This document shows positions 52,183 through 64,000 of a DNA stretch of 64,000 bases, one piece after another. How positions within the stretch are numbered: the first letter of the stretch is position 1; every line of letters starts with the position of its first letter. Below the pieces are notes generated by a model. That model saw only the letters and a list, made by a program, of their open reading frames with translations. It did not search any database and had not been told where the DNA came from. The DNA is from Anthoceros angustus. Taxonomy: Eukaryota > Plantae > Anthocerotophyta. The DNA lies in NCBI GenBank assembly GCA_010909165.1, contig MU008175.1, positions 248,001-312,000 of the forward strand, written 5' to 3'. A program made the translations under genes and the position numbers.

Positions 52183-52438
52183 GGCAAACTAAGGCTCTTT
52201 GTTAAAATTACGTTTGGTTTTTCTCAGTTCAGTGGGTCAGTTAAAGAGATGGGGATAGGCTATGCCTGTGACAATCTTAGGCTGATATTTGAGAGCTAGA
52301 AGATTTTAAATTCAGTGCATTTGAAAATGCCTTTCTCATAGGTTAAAATCGAGGTACTAGTGTACATCGGCGTGGACACCAAATTTGCTTCATCCTGCCG
52401 ACTTGTAACAAAACTCAGGTACATGGATGTAAACGTGT

Positions 52439-55400
52439 CTAACTGCCCTGTGAAGGAAGGGCCAAATCCAGTGCAGCTCGGAAGAATGTGCGTGGATACA
52501 TAGGCGGGTCTTCAGCAAGAGCCTGCACTCCAAAACTCAGGAATTAATAGTGGGCTACACTTCGTATGATAGCTAAGGCAGTGGAATGGAAAAAACCTGA
52601 TGGATCAACACAGTTGAAGGAGTCATTCCTGGAATGGTGTTGGCTTCAATTACTATCATCTGGCAATAGAGATCAGGAGACAGGTGAAGCATGAGTTGGA
52701 ACCCGTGATCTACATCTATCTGAAGAAGCTGGATTTTGCAGCAGAGAAATGAAGATGGAAAAATCAATGTTAACAACAGCCAATACCTCTCCAGTGTCAG
52801 CATGTAAGAACGCATCAATTCTTGCAAAACCTTCTAGATCCAAGGTACGAGCTACAAGCTCTATCCTTTGCTTGGCTGCTGCAATGGCTTCCTTGCTGGA
52901 CTCACAGAAAAGTCAATTATGCAGTCAGAATTTGAGACGAAGAATATCAGCCCAAAGGGGCGGAAACTTCTCCTTTGCACCAACTGACGCTACGTTGGTG
53001 AACAGGTAACACTTACCTGACAAGAGACGGAGGAGGAGGAGTCAGGTTCACGCCTGTACCACCTGTTGGTTTTTCAAATGGAGCACAATCAGGAGTAGAG
53101 CACACTAAGGGACAGGTTATACTCTATATATTCTCGGATGAAGTCCATTTTGCTTCACTATCACTGGAGAGCTTTTCACAGACACCCATACCTTGAAATT
53201 TCTCTTCCAATGTAAGGATAGACCCAGATTCTTTCACAGTGATGCTCGGATTGAAAGACCACATTTCGTTCTTTCTCCCCATCACACCAATTGTCACCTC
53301 TATCCACCGACTATGTCCTTTCCAAAACAGGCCCTCTCCAGCCGCTTCTCCGTGTAGCATGCTCTGAGAAGCAACTATGATGGGATTGGTCTCTATAAAT
53401 TGTTCAAACAGAAGCTCCCCAGGTGGGGGAACAGGCATTTCCACAATGCCATGTGCCTGTTCATTTCAGGGCAAGCAATAAGTAGATTACTCCACAAAAG
53501 TTGATTAGGAACAACATGCTATCCAAGAATTTTAAAAGTAACCTGAATTTCCGGGGTATACAAACCTCACTCAGAGTTCCTGGCAATAGTCTGGGCACAC
53601 CCTCATGAATCGCTCTCAAATACAGATTGAGGTCTTCTGCACAGCTGTCTCAACAGATGGTTGGGTTTATAGCTGTAGCAGCAGCAATCAACAATGACTG
53701 AATTTCTAGTCAAGATAGATACCAGAGTCTTGCAACCCCTGTGGAGCACCCATCACCCACAGGTTTTACACATATGGTTTTAGCCTGGAGACGGCGGCTT
53801 AGCTCATCCCACATCGCAATGACCTGTGTTCTGCTCTCATCGTGAAGGTCCACCGATGCCAAAAGTTCCGATGTTGCACATAGCTTCTTTGCAGCACTCA
53901 ACACTCCAAGATGAGCAAGCTGTTACATGGATCACAGAAGCTAATCACTCAACCCAGCACCGGCATTGAAGACTGACATGCAAATGACAGGTCAACAACT
54001 GGCAGGGAATGGTTCCTCGCACATGAGATAACGCAAGACCAGTGGCAGCTTTATTTGCACAAAGACGGGAGGCTTGAGCACCAGATCCTATACACAAGGG
54101 TGAAACCAGCACCAGTCAAGTCACCACCTTCTGCCCATGTCAATACAGAATCTACAAGTCAGCAAACAGACCACAACCTGCCTCACCTGTGTATAGAACG
54201 CCTTGTGAGTCAAGAAGAGTCTGAAGGGTTCCATTTTCACCAATGCCACCATGCACTAAAGGTTATACCACTAGTCAGTACCTATTTCCAAAAATTTCTC
54301 CATGACCTCAGAACACTTCAAAATGTTTTGTTAAGAAACCAGATTTTTGCAAATGTGCAATACCTGCAATAAAAACGACTGCGTTCTCTTCTTTTGCTTC
54401 CTTAATCCAATCCAGCAAACAGATCTGCCTCGGAGCCTCGAATTTGACACTACCTTCAGCCCACGGCAAGTCTTGCTGCCATTCACGCAGCTCTGAAACA
54501 ATCTCCTTCCTCAGCTCAGCCACAGTAGCAGCCCTGTCAGGTTGTAACGCCTCCCTACAGCAGTCCAGGACTTCCTCCACAGTGTGCCGCAGCACCAGGG
54601 AATACCTGCCACCATAGTGTACATCGATAATGAGATAACAATACCAGCCCTTTCGTGCAATGATGCCCTAAGCTCCAAATACTGTTCTGCCGTTAGATTG
54701 CGGCTTTACTAAACACTTGACTTACGGTAAAGCCCACACATCATGGTTTGAGGGTGTGTCTAGCATCTCCTGAGACCTCATCGAACTTGGGGTGAGCAAA
54801 AAGGGCTGGACATCAAGCTGCAGCACCGGAGACACTTTTTAGGTGAAATCGTACGCGTCCAAGAGCAATAGCCAGAACACATAAATCAATATCACTGCTG
54901 TTCATGTTGTCCTTACGTCAGGTGAACCACACAGATTAAGCCATACGTTAGTGCCACTGATAAGAGACACTTGCCGTTCTGAGGACTCTCCCCCAAAAAT
55001 CACGTACACCTTTCTTCTGGGAGATTGTACTTGGTCGATAGGATCCCTGGATGATTCTTTCTCGGACACTCGGGGAAGGCGTATCGAAAATCTGGAGCAA
55101 GCGTGAGACAGAACCATCCGAAGAACGTCTGCATGCGAAAGGCCAACCTGAAGAAGAGTGGAGTCAACAACCTGTTTCTAAAACTTTCCTTGCAGAAATG
55201 GACACAATGGCACAACATGCACCTGTGAAGCTTGTTGAAACAAGAAACTTGTCTGCTCCATTCCACTGATCTGTAAGAGGATGCAAGGAAAATGAATGAT
55301 TTTCTGAGAACATTGAAAGAGTCATGGACCCAGAAACCACCCGGCACTACACTTTACCAGGTTTATGTCGGTAAACACAATGAATCCTTCTTGAAACTCT

Positions 55401-57683
55401 CCAATACGTTTCTTTTTGGGATCTCCCTGTCCAACAGCCCTTGCAGTGCTCGAAGATGGAACATACCACCCATCAAACCGAGCAAAATCTTTCAGGCCTA
55501 GCTGCTGGAACAATTTTGCTGCCCCATCACGGATCTCTTGTACTGCTCGACGTGGGAACCGTGGAGGCGTATGGTAGGACACCTGCATACGGTACCACAT
55601 GATGATGTTGCTGTAACCACGTAAGGAAAACCCTGGCTTTCCCCTCTTTCAGTTCAAAGCGCTCTCAAATCAAGAGCAGAAATGCAGTGGTGCAGCATTT
55701 ACCTGCCTAGATGGAAGATACTTTTTACGGTAATCAAAGATGGATGCCTCCTCAGAACCATCATCTGATCGGAGTTCAACCTGCTTAACTCACTCTAGAC
55801 ACAACTGAGGCAGTATCCATGGGAGGCCAAGATAACCTTAAACTAGTCAGAGATGCACACTACCTTCACCATCCACATTAAAAGCAACCAAGAACAATTG
55901 GCTACCTCTGTTGGCATCAGAGTCACAGGATGGGCCTCCGTTCCGAAACCCACATCCAGCACTACTGCTGTAAATTCAACTCCCTCAATAAAGACTTCAA
56001 TGATGACTCTGTCATCAATACCCTGCACAGCATCACAGCCCAGAGTACTGGACAATTGGCTCTGGGCTACTTGCTTGGCATGGAGATGACATTCTATGAG
56101 GCAAAGTGCCTTCCTACCTCAGACAACAGGGCCTCAGCTCGCTTTGTAGCATCTTCCACACCAAGAGCGATGCTCACCCCGACACTTGAGCCTGCACATG
56201 CTGGCTTGACCTGCATCGATTCGCAGTAACAAACAGCAGAAGGTATCAGCAACAACAGAGGGCTCTCATCGACGTAATCTGACAGTCCATCGAAACTCAC
56301 CACAACCCTTCCTGTGCTGGGGTCTAGCTGGTTACTGGCAAACCACTCACCCAGACTTTTCACATCAACCCCTGTCGCCTGGCAATTGCAGAGACATGTC
56401 AATTTGTGAAACCACATTATGATCGTTCTTCAATATTCCTTCCGAGAATGGAACTGACCTGTACGAGAAAGCCGGGAATAGTGACAAAACCTTGCCTCAA
56501 GAGTTCTTGAGAAGCTTCATACTGTGACATAAAATGTGCAGCAATCGTCAAAACAGCAGGTCACCTACACATTAATTCCTATACAGACACAATGTAGTAG
56601 GAACCAAACCTTATCAAATGCTCGCTGCGCAGACACTGAGCCTGTCCCCACAAATGGGAGGCCTGCACCTTCAAGAAGATCCTGATGGACATGGATATAA
56701 AGGCTAATGTCAGAGCAACAAGCCTCCAGACTGAACAACTCAAACATGGAATGTAGAACACGGACCTGAATACCCCCATCCTCCCCAAACTTGCCATGCA
56801 GGACAGGGAATACAATGTCTACAGATGACCGAAGGTGCTCAAGGAAGGCCTCCATCGTTTCAAAGGATTGGGCAGTACTGAAAGCACCAAAAGTAAACTC
56901 AATGATCGTAGTAACCCAGAGCAGTGTGACCATACTCCTCAAGCGAGACACAAGGCTTGAGGAAATGATCCGGACCTGCCAAGCTTGAAGTCGAAGTCGG
57001 AAGGGGTGTTCGAATACATCTGCATGCCAAAACAGGATTACGTGTAACAACAATTGAAGACCCACATACTCAATTCAAAACCACATTGCGAATTGTATAT
57101 CTTGTGTTACTTGCAGTCCCATGATGGGACGGCCCATCATGGCTGTACTGAATTACGAATTCTTCTTTCTTCCTCTCTTGTTTACCTGTGCTGTCGAGAT
57201 AGCATATGGGCGTTTCTTGGTGTCCAGGTAGTAGCATGTCACCTCCGCAGCCCTCTGTCAGCAAAGTACAACACTTGGCATGATCAACCCGAAGCTGATT
57301 CCCAATAATCCATCCTCTCCGACGAGGCTGCATGAAGTTACCTGTAAATGGTCGAGAACAGAGCGTGCAGAATTCAACGAAATGCCACGCTCAGTAGAAG
57401 GACCCCCACAAATAATCCCAACCCGAAGCAAACTATCCGACTCTTTTTCCTTCCCTGCGCTCTGCAGCACAACTTTTTTCTCCAGCTGCCCAACTCCAGC
57501 CCAAGTCCTGCACGTCCTTCTCCTGTTGCACCCAACCCCAGGAGAGGATCGAGCCACATTCAGCTTCACCACCCTCTTCGTCCACAGACCTTGGCTTCCC
57601 AAACCCAGATAGGCTGTGTGCTTGCGAGACGGGTTTCTCGTCAGCTGCGAATTGAGCAGAGTCTCCATGGGCAGCGTCGCCAT
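52439..57683 (-). CDS. DDL: Plastid D-alanine--D-alanine ligase (tandem two-unit plant type), multi-exon
   Basis: Transit-like N-terminus, RVGIICGGPSTERGISLNSARSVLDHLQ, VFPVLHGKFGEDGGIQ, VKPACAGSSVGV, KVYVIFGGESSERQVS, VKPVGDGCSTGV, EANTIPGMTPSTVLIHQ, ALAEDPPMYP. Confidence 0.93.
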
Positions 57684-57754
57684 GGCTGACACCCCCTGAT
57701 TGACAAGCTCCAGGTACGTGAACCGGAACCGCCTGCACGCGTTAGGGCGCGTCG

Positions 57755-58757
57755 ATGGAGAGGCTGGTGGCGAAGTACGAGCAGCGCTACAAGCGCGCCC
57801 GGGAGGAGGTCGGGAAGTGGGCAGGCCACCAAGCTCGCATGACCTCCCTCTTCGCAGCTGCAGGAGCCATCCTTGGGAGGCTGCCAGTGAGTGGATCACG
57901 TTCGCACTTGGTCCAGCTCCCACAGGACTGAAAGAGATTGTTTCTGACACAGCACTTGTCTCGGTCCAGGTGCTGGCAGCAGAGCGCAACACCGGGATTT
58001 TGCGCGAGATGGAGTTCCTAACACAGGATTTGTGCTCCAAGCAGGTGGAATCGCTGGAGGAGATTCTCCAGGCCATGCAGTCAGCACTGTGAGATTTTTT
58101 CTTTCACGCCAGACGATCCCACGGTAAAATTTCGCTCTGCCTTGCGGAGGGTTCATGTGTTTGTTGGGTTTGTTGGGTTTGCTGCAGGTCGGAATTCGAG
58201 AAGGTGAGCAAGGCTCTGGAGAAGCTATGGCGGGACGGCTACCACCTGCTCCGAGCAGAGAAGCCGCAGCCCAGCCAGCAGCAATTCCATCAACGACTGG
58301 GAGCCAGGCCCAGCCTTCACGACTGCGTCGGGGGCCTGGAGTCGCTCTACATCATGCACCGAGACGAGTAAGCATGCTCATGTTCACCATAGCATCCTCA
58401 CAAGGTTGACGCCCAAGAGTAACACACGGTGCTGCATGTTCCATTCAACGCAGGTACCGTCTGAAACGGGAGATTGTGTCTGCTCTGTCATACAACACAA
58501 AGTGAGTCCCCTTCTAGCATGCTTCATGAAAGCCTGAGACCCTTGCATGGAGTTGTCTCACTGTGGCATGCAGCAGGGAGGAAGACATCTCCAGACTGGC
58601 CACACTCTTGGCTGATCAACCTAACCTCCCTACAGACGAAGGTGGGTAGCACTGACCGACTACTGATCAATCCTTCACATGCCCGCTAGCAAGGGATCTG
58701 ATCTGAAGCAAGTGTGCAGTGCAAATGATCTTCGGGCTGGTTCTGGGTGAAGCCTGA
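57755..58757 (+). CDS. Conserved protein, At5g43822 / C1orf109 (AIRIM, CK2 substrate family)-like, 6 exons
   Basis: Spliced product MERLVAKYEQRYKRAREEVGKW...KQVESLEEIL...LWRDG...RLGARPSLHDCVGGL..LYIMHRDEYRLK...LLADQPNLPTDEVQMIF matches remembered At5g43822 motifs. Confidence 0.8.
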
Positions 58758-58769
58758 AGGCGGAGTACG

Positions 58770-59503
58770 TCACATGACTCGGGGAGTGATGGCAACTGAG
58801 GAATTGGCATCCACATCCAGCCACACCCGGTTCAGGCGGATGTCAGCGGTTCTGGCAAAGCCGGTGGGCCCGTAGATGACCGCGGCGCCCAGCACTTCCG
58901 CCTGGATGGTTTTGATGGCCGTCTGGTAGTTGACGCCCACCAAGTCAGGCCACCCAGGATTCATCCCTGCAACACAAGCAGCCACGAGTGAGGCCAGGAT
59001 TGGACGCACAGCCGAGCGCCTGGCCATGCCGCTGCCGATCCGGATGCCGCTCTAGGGTTTGTGCTTACTGTTGGGATGCCATAGCCCTCGGCTGGGAATC
59101 TGATACACCAAATTGTCGATGCCGTCAGTGTAGAGCCAGACGTCGTTGCGAGTGCCGTAGCCAGGGGAGACGAGGGCGCCATCGCCCGCGTCCTGGATGT
59201 ACACGTTGCTCACCACGCCCGAGGCGAGGATGTAAGCCTTGGCGAAGGTGGAGTTGCTGTAGATGAGGTCGGGCCAGTATCTTTGGTCCATCCCTGCGGA
59301 ATCAAGGCAACCTTTCCTTGAATCGTGAACGCATTTCACTGGCTGCTTTCTAGATCAAAGCCATGGTTTGCAACAAGCGCGACTGGGCAGGTACCATAGC
59401 TGTTGAAAGGTGCGGCGTCAAGGGTGTCCACCAGACACAGGAGCAGGGCGCTGGAGATGCACGATGCCACGAGCAAGGCCATTGGGCTGGTGAATGCCAT
59501 CAT
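58770..59503 (-). CDS. Secreted two-domain potato inhibitor I (I13) family protease inhibitor, 3 exons, 176 aa
   Basis: Exon 1 (59503-59395) is a signal peptide. Exon 2 (59293-59069) encodes WPDLI...DVWLYTD...IPSRG; exon 3 (58966-58770) encodes WPDLVG...TADIRLNRVWLDVD...TPRVM. Introns are GT-AG and the frame is consistent. Confidence 0.8.
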
Positions 59504-59580
59504 AAATTGTCAAAATTTGGTAACACATTCCGTGACAAGGCGCATTGAAATGCTGCTGCCTTTCTCTACATTCAAGGCCA

Positions 59581-59711
59581 GAGCAGGGGCAGGGGCAGGG
59601 GCAGGGGCAGGGGCAGCAGCAGGGGCAGGGGCAGGGGCAGGGGCAGGGGCAGGGGCAGGGGCAGCGGCAGGGGCAGGGGCAGGGGCAGCGGCAGGGGCAG
59701 GAGCAGGGGCA
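59581..59711. repeat. (GGGGCA)n hexamer microsatellite
   Basis: About 21 units with GCAGCA/GCGGCA variants. Confidence 0.95.
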
Positions 59712-60190
59712 CGCGCGCTGCCATTGCCATGCCTTCCCTGCTCCATTCTACCACCTACCACAACAGAACCAGCGTGAAACAGACTAGGCTAGGGCAAAGA
59801 AATGTGACATAACTGAAAACCTGCCTTGCTCTGGTAGCGGGTCACATGGGCAGAACAATTAAGACTCACGAGCTCGTCTGTACAGAGACTCTCACATAGC
59901 TGCGCTCACACCAATATGGCTGCACACAAAAGACAGCAGCGTTTGCTTTTCAGTCTTTTCAGGCGGCAGCTATTGTTTTATTCAAAAAAATGTTAGTGGT
60001 TTTCTGGTCACCACTTAGGACCTGCGATCTCTGCTATGGCTACGTCCGCCCCTTCTGGCTGTAACCCCTCATCAGAGGCCGTCGCATGGCTACTGACGCT
60101 TGTAAACTCTCTGCACAATTCCAACGTCCACCATAAGTTAGTTCATGGCCATCCAGAAAAGTACGTAAAATAACCACGGAGGAGAGGGGG

Positions 60191-62707
60191 TCATTGGGGC
60201 ATACAGGATCGGGTCGAACAGATGGCGCCTGTGATGATGCCCGCCGACCACCCAACACAGAAACAAAGGTCGATATCAGGAAAACCAGACACTTCTAAGC
60301 ACCCAGAAGTTTTTGGGCACAATTCTGCAGGGAAACTTTGTTACGAGAAACACAGACCTTCAGGAGGTAAGGCACAACATAGCCGCCTTTCATCCACATG
60401 ATCCACATCTAGGCCGATCATCCATGATCCCACTGAGATATCTTCGTTTTGGTACTCATGCAACATGTCACTGCACATAGAATTGGACAGGAGAACCAGC
60501 TCATGTCACAACGACGTACAGAACACGGCAACTCAAGGATCAGCGAGTTGACAGCCCTGCAGGTGGGACACTCACTTGTTGATGGCTACATACTGAGCAA
60601 CGGCTTTCGACAGACCATACATCTGTCCAGCTGCATGTCGATAATATCTGAATCCACCCACCATGAGCAAAAAGAGCAGTAAGAACTTGGGAGGAAAGCC
60701 AAGACACTAATGTGTCAGAGTCGACTACCAACGGAAGAGCTACCAACTTACACTTTTGCATCCCCAAATTTCCACCACTCAGCCTCATACCATCGCATCT
60801 TTCTGCCAGACTCAGAGAGAAGTCCCCCGTGAGAAACACAGCAACCATTTCTTCAAGACGTAATTGAGAAAAAGAAACACGAGATGTAACATTGCACTCA
60901 AAGTAAACAGCTGTAACGACATTTCCTGTTCTACAATTCTTTGACAAATTAAAGCAACTTGACTTGACTTACGAATCAGTAACAACCTCGCCAGACTTCA
61001 TACATCCCACATAAGCACGAGGCTTCTCAATCAGGCTTGTGTGCAACTCCTCAAGCTTCTCTGTAACAGAAATGGAATTCGATAACATACAGCATCAGAA
61101 GCCAGTTGCTCCAAAATAGCCACTCCCAACGCCTACTACATGGCTCTATCTTGGAGGCAAAATATCACTACACCAAGTGCCACATGTGTCACTGTCAAAC
61201 AGAACAGAGCTCACCAAGGTCGACGAAGGCGTCATCATCAACTTTCCAATAATATTCTGCATCCCATGTGTCAACAGCAGCTCGAAGAAAAAGCTTTGTT
61301 TTCTTAGGTAACTCCTCGCTAGCTTCAACGTGATTCTCCTACCACAAGAAGAAGATACCATGGTTACGATAGCCCCTGTGTTCTCTACACTTCACTCTTG
61401 CTTAAGGATAGCAGCGTAAGATCAACCATGTCTGCACAGGTGTTACCAAGATCATAAAGTCTTGCATCTCCTTCTCTTCCTCGTCAATGAGACGGTCTGA
61501 ACTGTCACCTCTGTTGGGGCTGCCATTGCAAAAGAAGCCACATTACACCATCTGCTTGGAAACTTTGATCTGAATGAAAACTAGTAAGAATTGAGCTTGT
61601 TTGGTAAAAGCTGATGGTTTACCTCCGGCCAATAACAAAGCGGATAGCAAAACCCCTATTGAGCTCAAGGTTCTTCAAGCCAGAAACACCTAGTGAACAG
61701 CAACAATGGGACTTCCTAATTACGTGGGAGAAAACCTGGGTTCATCTTCTCACGCTTCCTACTTGTAGTTGGGAAGGAGATCAAGTGAAGATGCGACGGA
61801 AATGTAAGACAGACTAACCTGAGGACATCCAACTCTTCCTAATTGCATCCCGCCTGCTTCTTTGACCGAACGCTGTGTTAACAGCTATAACTGCCTTCAA
61901 CTTCTTGCCGGAAGCTGTGCTATTGGTAAAAGGAACAAAGCCTTGTTTCCTAGCTGAGATTAATTCAGTCTCAAGGTCTACCACACGCTTTTGTAACGCC
62001 CTGCATTACCATTTGATTAGAATTGCAGAATCACTACCAGTTCCTAGAACAGATGTTCATGCACAGCACTGTTTCAGCTGCTACCGACTCAAGTCTGCAT
62101 CCAATACCAGCTAGGTCGGAAATTCAAGATCTCCTAGTTCAAATCTCCAAAGCACCAACCAGTAGCCGAAAGGAAGGAAGCATACTTATTTTCCACAGCC
62201 TTCAAACTCTCCTCTACAGTGAGCACCACTCCGCCCTGCAATCACATCCGCATTTCAGGATGAAGAGTTGCTTGTCAATATGAAGCCACCCCTTTTGAGT
62301 CCCCCAGTCGGGCGAAACAATAGGAGTTCGGAACCACTTATGGCTGTGAACAGACAAAGCAAAGAGCACCTCGCTAGACTTCTTCCGCGCCAGGTTGACA
62401 AGAGAAGCACGAAGCTGAGCATCTTGCCACAATCTGCAAGTAAACCCACGCATCCCTCAACACTGATACACGCAGCAAATCACGGAATGAATAAACCGTG
62501 ATCACCAACATTCCGGGAGCAGTAACTGGTCCCCTAGAGAAACTGGAGCACTAACCGGTTAGCTACATAAACGCTGGCCATCACCGCGAAAGAAACGAGA
62601 ATGAACTGTGCCAGAGTGAGCGGCACGCGCGCAGCTCCTGCTCGGGTTCTAGCAAAGCCCACGTTCTCCTTCGCATTTCCTACCGTAGTAGGCAACACCC
62701 TCCTCAT
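60191..62707 (-). CDS. HPGT: GT31 beta-1,3-galactosyltransferase, hydroxyproline O-galactosyltransferase (HPGT)-like, multi-exon
   Basis: TM anchor then RLWQD, stem [96 protein letters not shown]. Confidence 0.9.
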
Positions 62708-64000
62708 TGTCGACACCAGCTAAACCCGCATCACCGAGGCGTCGGCAAGCCTCCGACACGATTTCTAAGGGCCTATCCTCAAGCTCGTCCTCCCACCTGT
62801 ACCATACCCTGCTTCGAGAACCCAAGCTTCGGTCTAACTTCTCTGTTGCCGCAGAACCGCATAAGCTGTTGAATCATCGATCAGCACCAATACGTAGGTA
62901 GCGACAAAAGCATCAACCCATCCAATTGCGAACCACAACTTCCGCGAGTGAATTCCTGGCACAGCTGTGCGCAACCTGGAACACAGCAGTACCAGAGGCA
63001 GGCGCACATCAACAAATGCTACTAACCAGCTCGGGCAGCAAGATTTGAAGTGAGCCTCAGTTCCACATCTCTCCGTCCAATGACTGGCAGTCTTCTCGCC
63101 TAATCCTCGCAGGTAGGTGCAGAATCTGGTGCCTGAACCGGGGTTGAAAGCCTCTGCACCGGGGGTGGAAATCGCAGCAAGCTTGGCACTCCGGGCTCGG
63201 TGAAAACAGTCGCAATCCTCCAGATCCAAGGGCAACAACCTTGCTACAAGGCAATGAGCAGCTGGGAGAAGTCCGTGAAGTGGGGAAATGTATGAAGGAG
63301 AGGACGACAGGGTTGGCAGGGCGGAGAGCACGCAGCTGCCTCTGCTTGCCGCTCTCACAGACTACATATGCAAGGGCGCCAGTTTTGTTTACTTTACAAA
63401 CCAGCTTCTCAGCGTCCCAGACCGGGTTAGCTAGTAGCCTGCGGTGTCGGGCCTCCGAAGCCTACGTACTTATATAGAAGACATATTCATTTTGTTTCCT
63501 TTTTTCCGGACATATAATACCTAGTGATTTTCTTTAGCCTTCCAGTTTTTCACGCTTGGCTTCTTTTGGCCCCTTTCCTCTCCTCGGACCATGGCACCCT
63601 GGGTTCTCTTGTCCGAGTCACCCACCGGGATGGGTATGTGTGAGCCTGAGATTATGAACCTAAATAAAAATGGATATTTTATCTTATCAACTTAGTTAGT
63701 TTTGGACTAACTTATCAAAGCTACAAGACGGAAAGGAACTGCAAAGCTTAAATACTTGCATGAAGATATGTGCCACTTACATGAAGATATGTGCATACAC
63801 AACAAATTATGTATGCAGAAACACATGCAAGAATCTAATTCAAGTATAAAAAGATTCAATTCTTTAATCACCATATCTAGGAATAACGGTGAAATGGCTT
63901 TGCACTTTAAACTGAATATATAATAAAATAAATCGTTGTATGAGACAAAAACAATCCAAATATGCCCAAGTACCTAGATTGTGATTCTAGACCAACAGGT

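Noticed and set aside
57258-58092. Long overlapping ORFs 57258-58076 (minus) and 57700-58092 (plus)
   Set aside because: Explained by DDL exon 1 and by the C1orf109-like exons read through introns in GC-rich DNA.
59510-59761. Classical arabinogalactan protein gene co-located with its galactosyltransferase
   Set aside because: The AP-rich frame lacks an N-terminal signal peptide and GPI signal and derives from a microsatellite; kept only as a possible uORF.

Overview
Eukaryotic nuclear DNA from a gene-dense, short-intron (mostly about 50-130 bp) seed-free land plant. A flagellar gene (CFAP44), a plastid peptidoglycan gene (DDL) and a CPS/KS-type diterpene synthase point to a hornwort or Selaginella-like genome (inference). 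The left 26 kb is mostly transposon debris: a tandemly repeated Ty3/gypsy gag-protease, a TSD-flanked non-autonomous LTR element, Copia fragments, a CACTA end with a solo LTR in its subterminal repeats, and several minisatellites. It surrounds a head-to-head NDUFA7/RNMT pair and a partial RNMT pseudogene. The right 38 kb is tightly packed with genes: Ca2+-dependent staphylococcal-type nuclease, class II diterpene cyclase, OEP37, an orphan coiled-coil ORF, CFAP44, UBP22, tRNA-His, DDL, an At5g43822/C1orf109-like gene, a protease inhibitor and a GT31 galactosyltransferase. Highlights: (1) UBP22 is nested on the same strand inside a 3.9-kb CFAP44 intron; (2) a secreted, double-headed potato-inhibitor-I protein appears to be built by exon duplication; (3) the ent-CPS retains a decayed class I site; (4) packing is extreme, with overlapping stop codons, 71 bp between divergent ATGs and 12 bp between convergent stops. 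All calls were made by eye from the sequence and remembered family motifs; no database searches were run.
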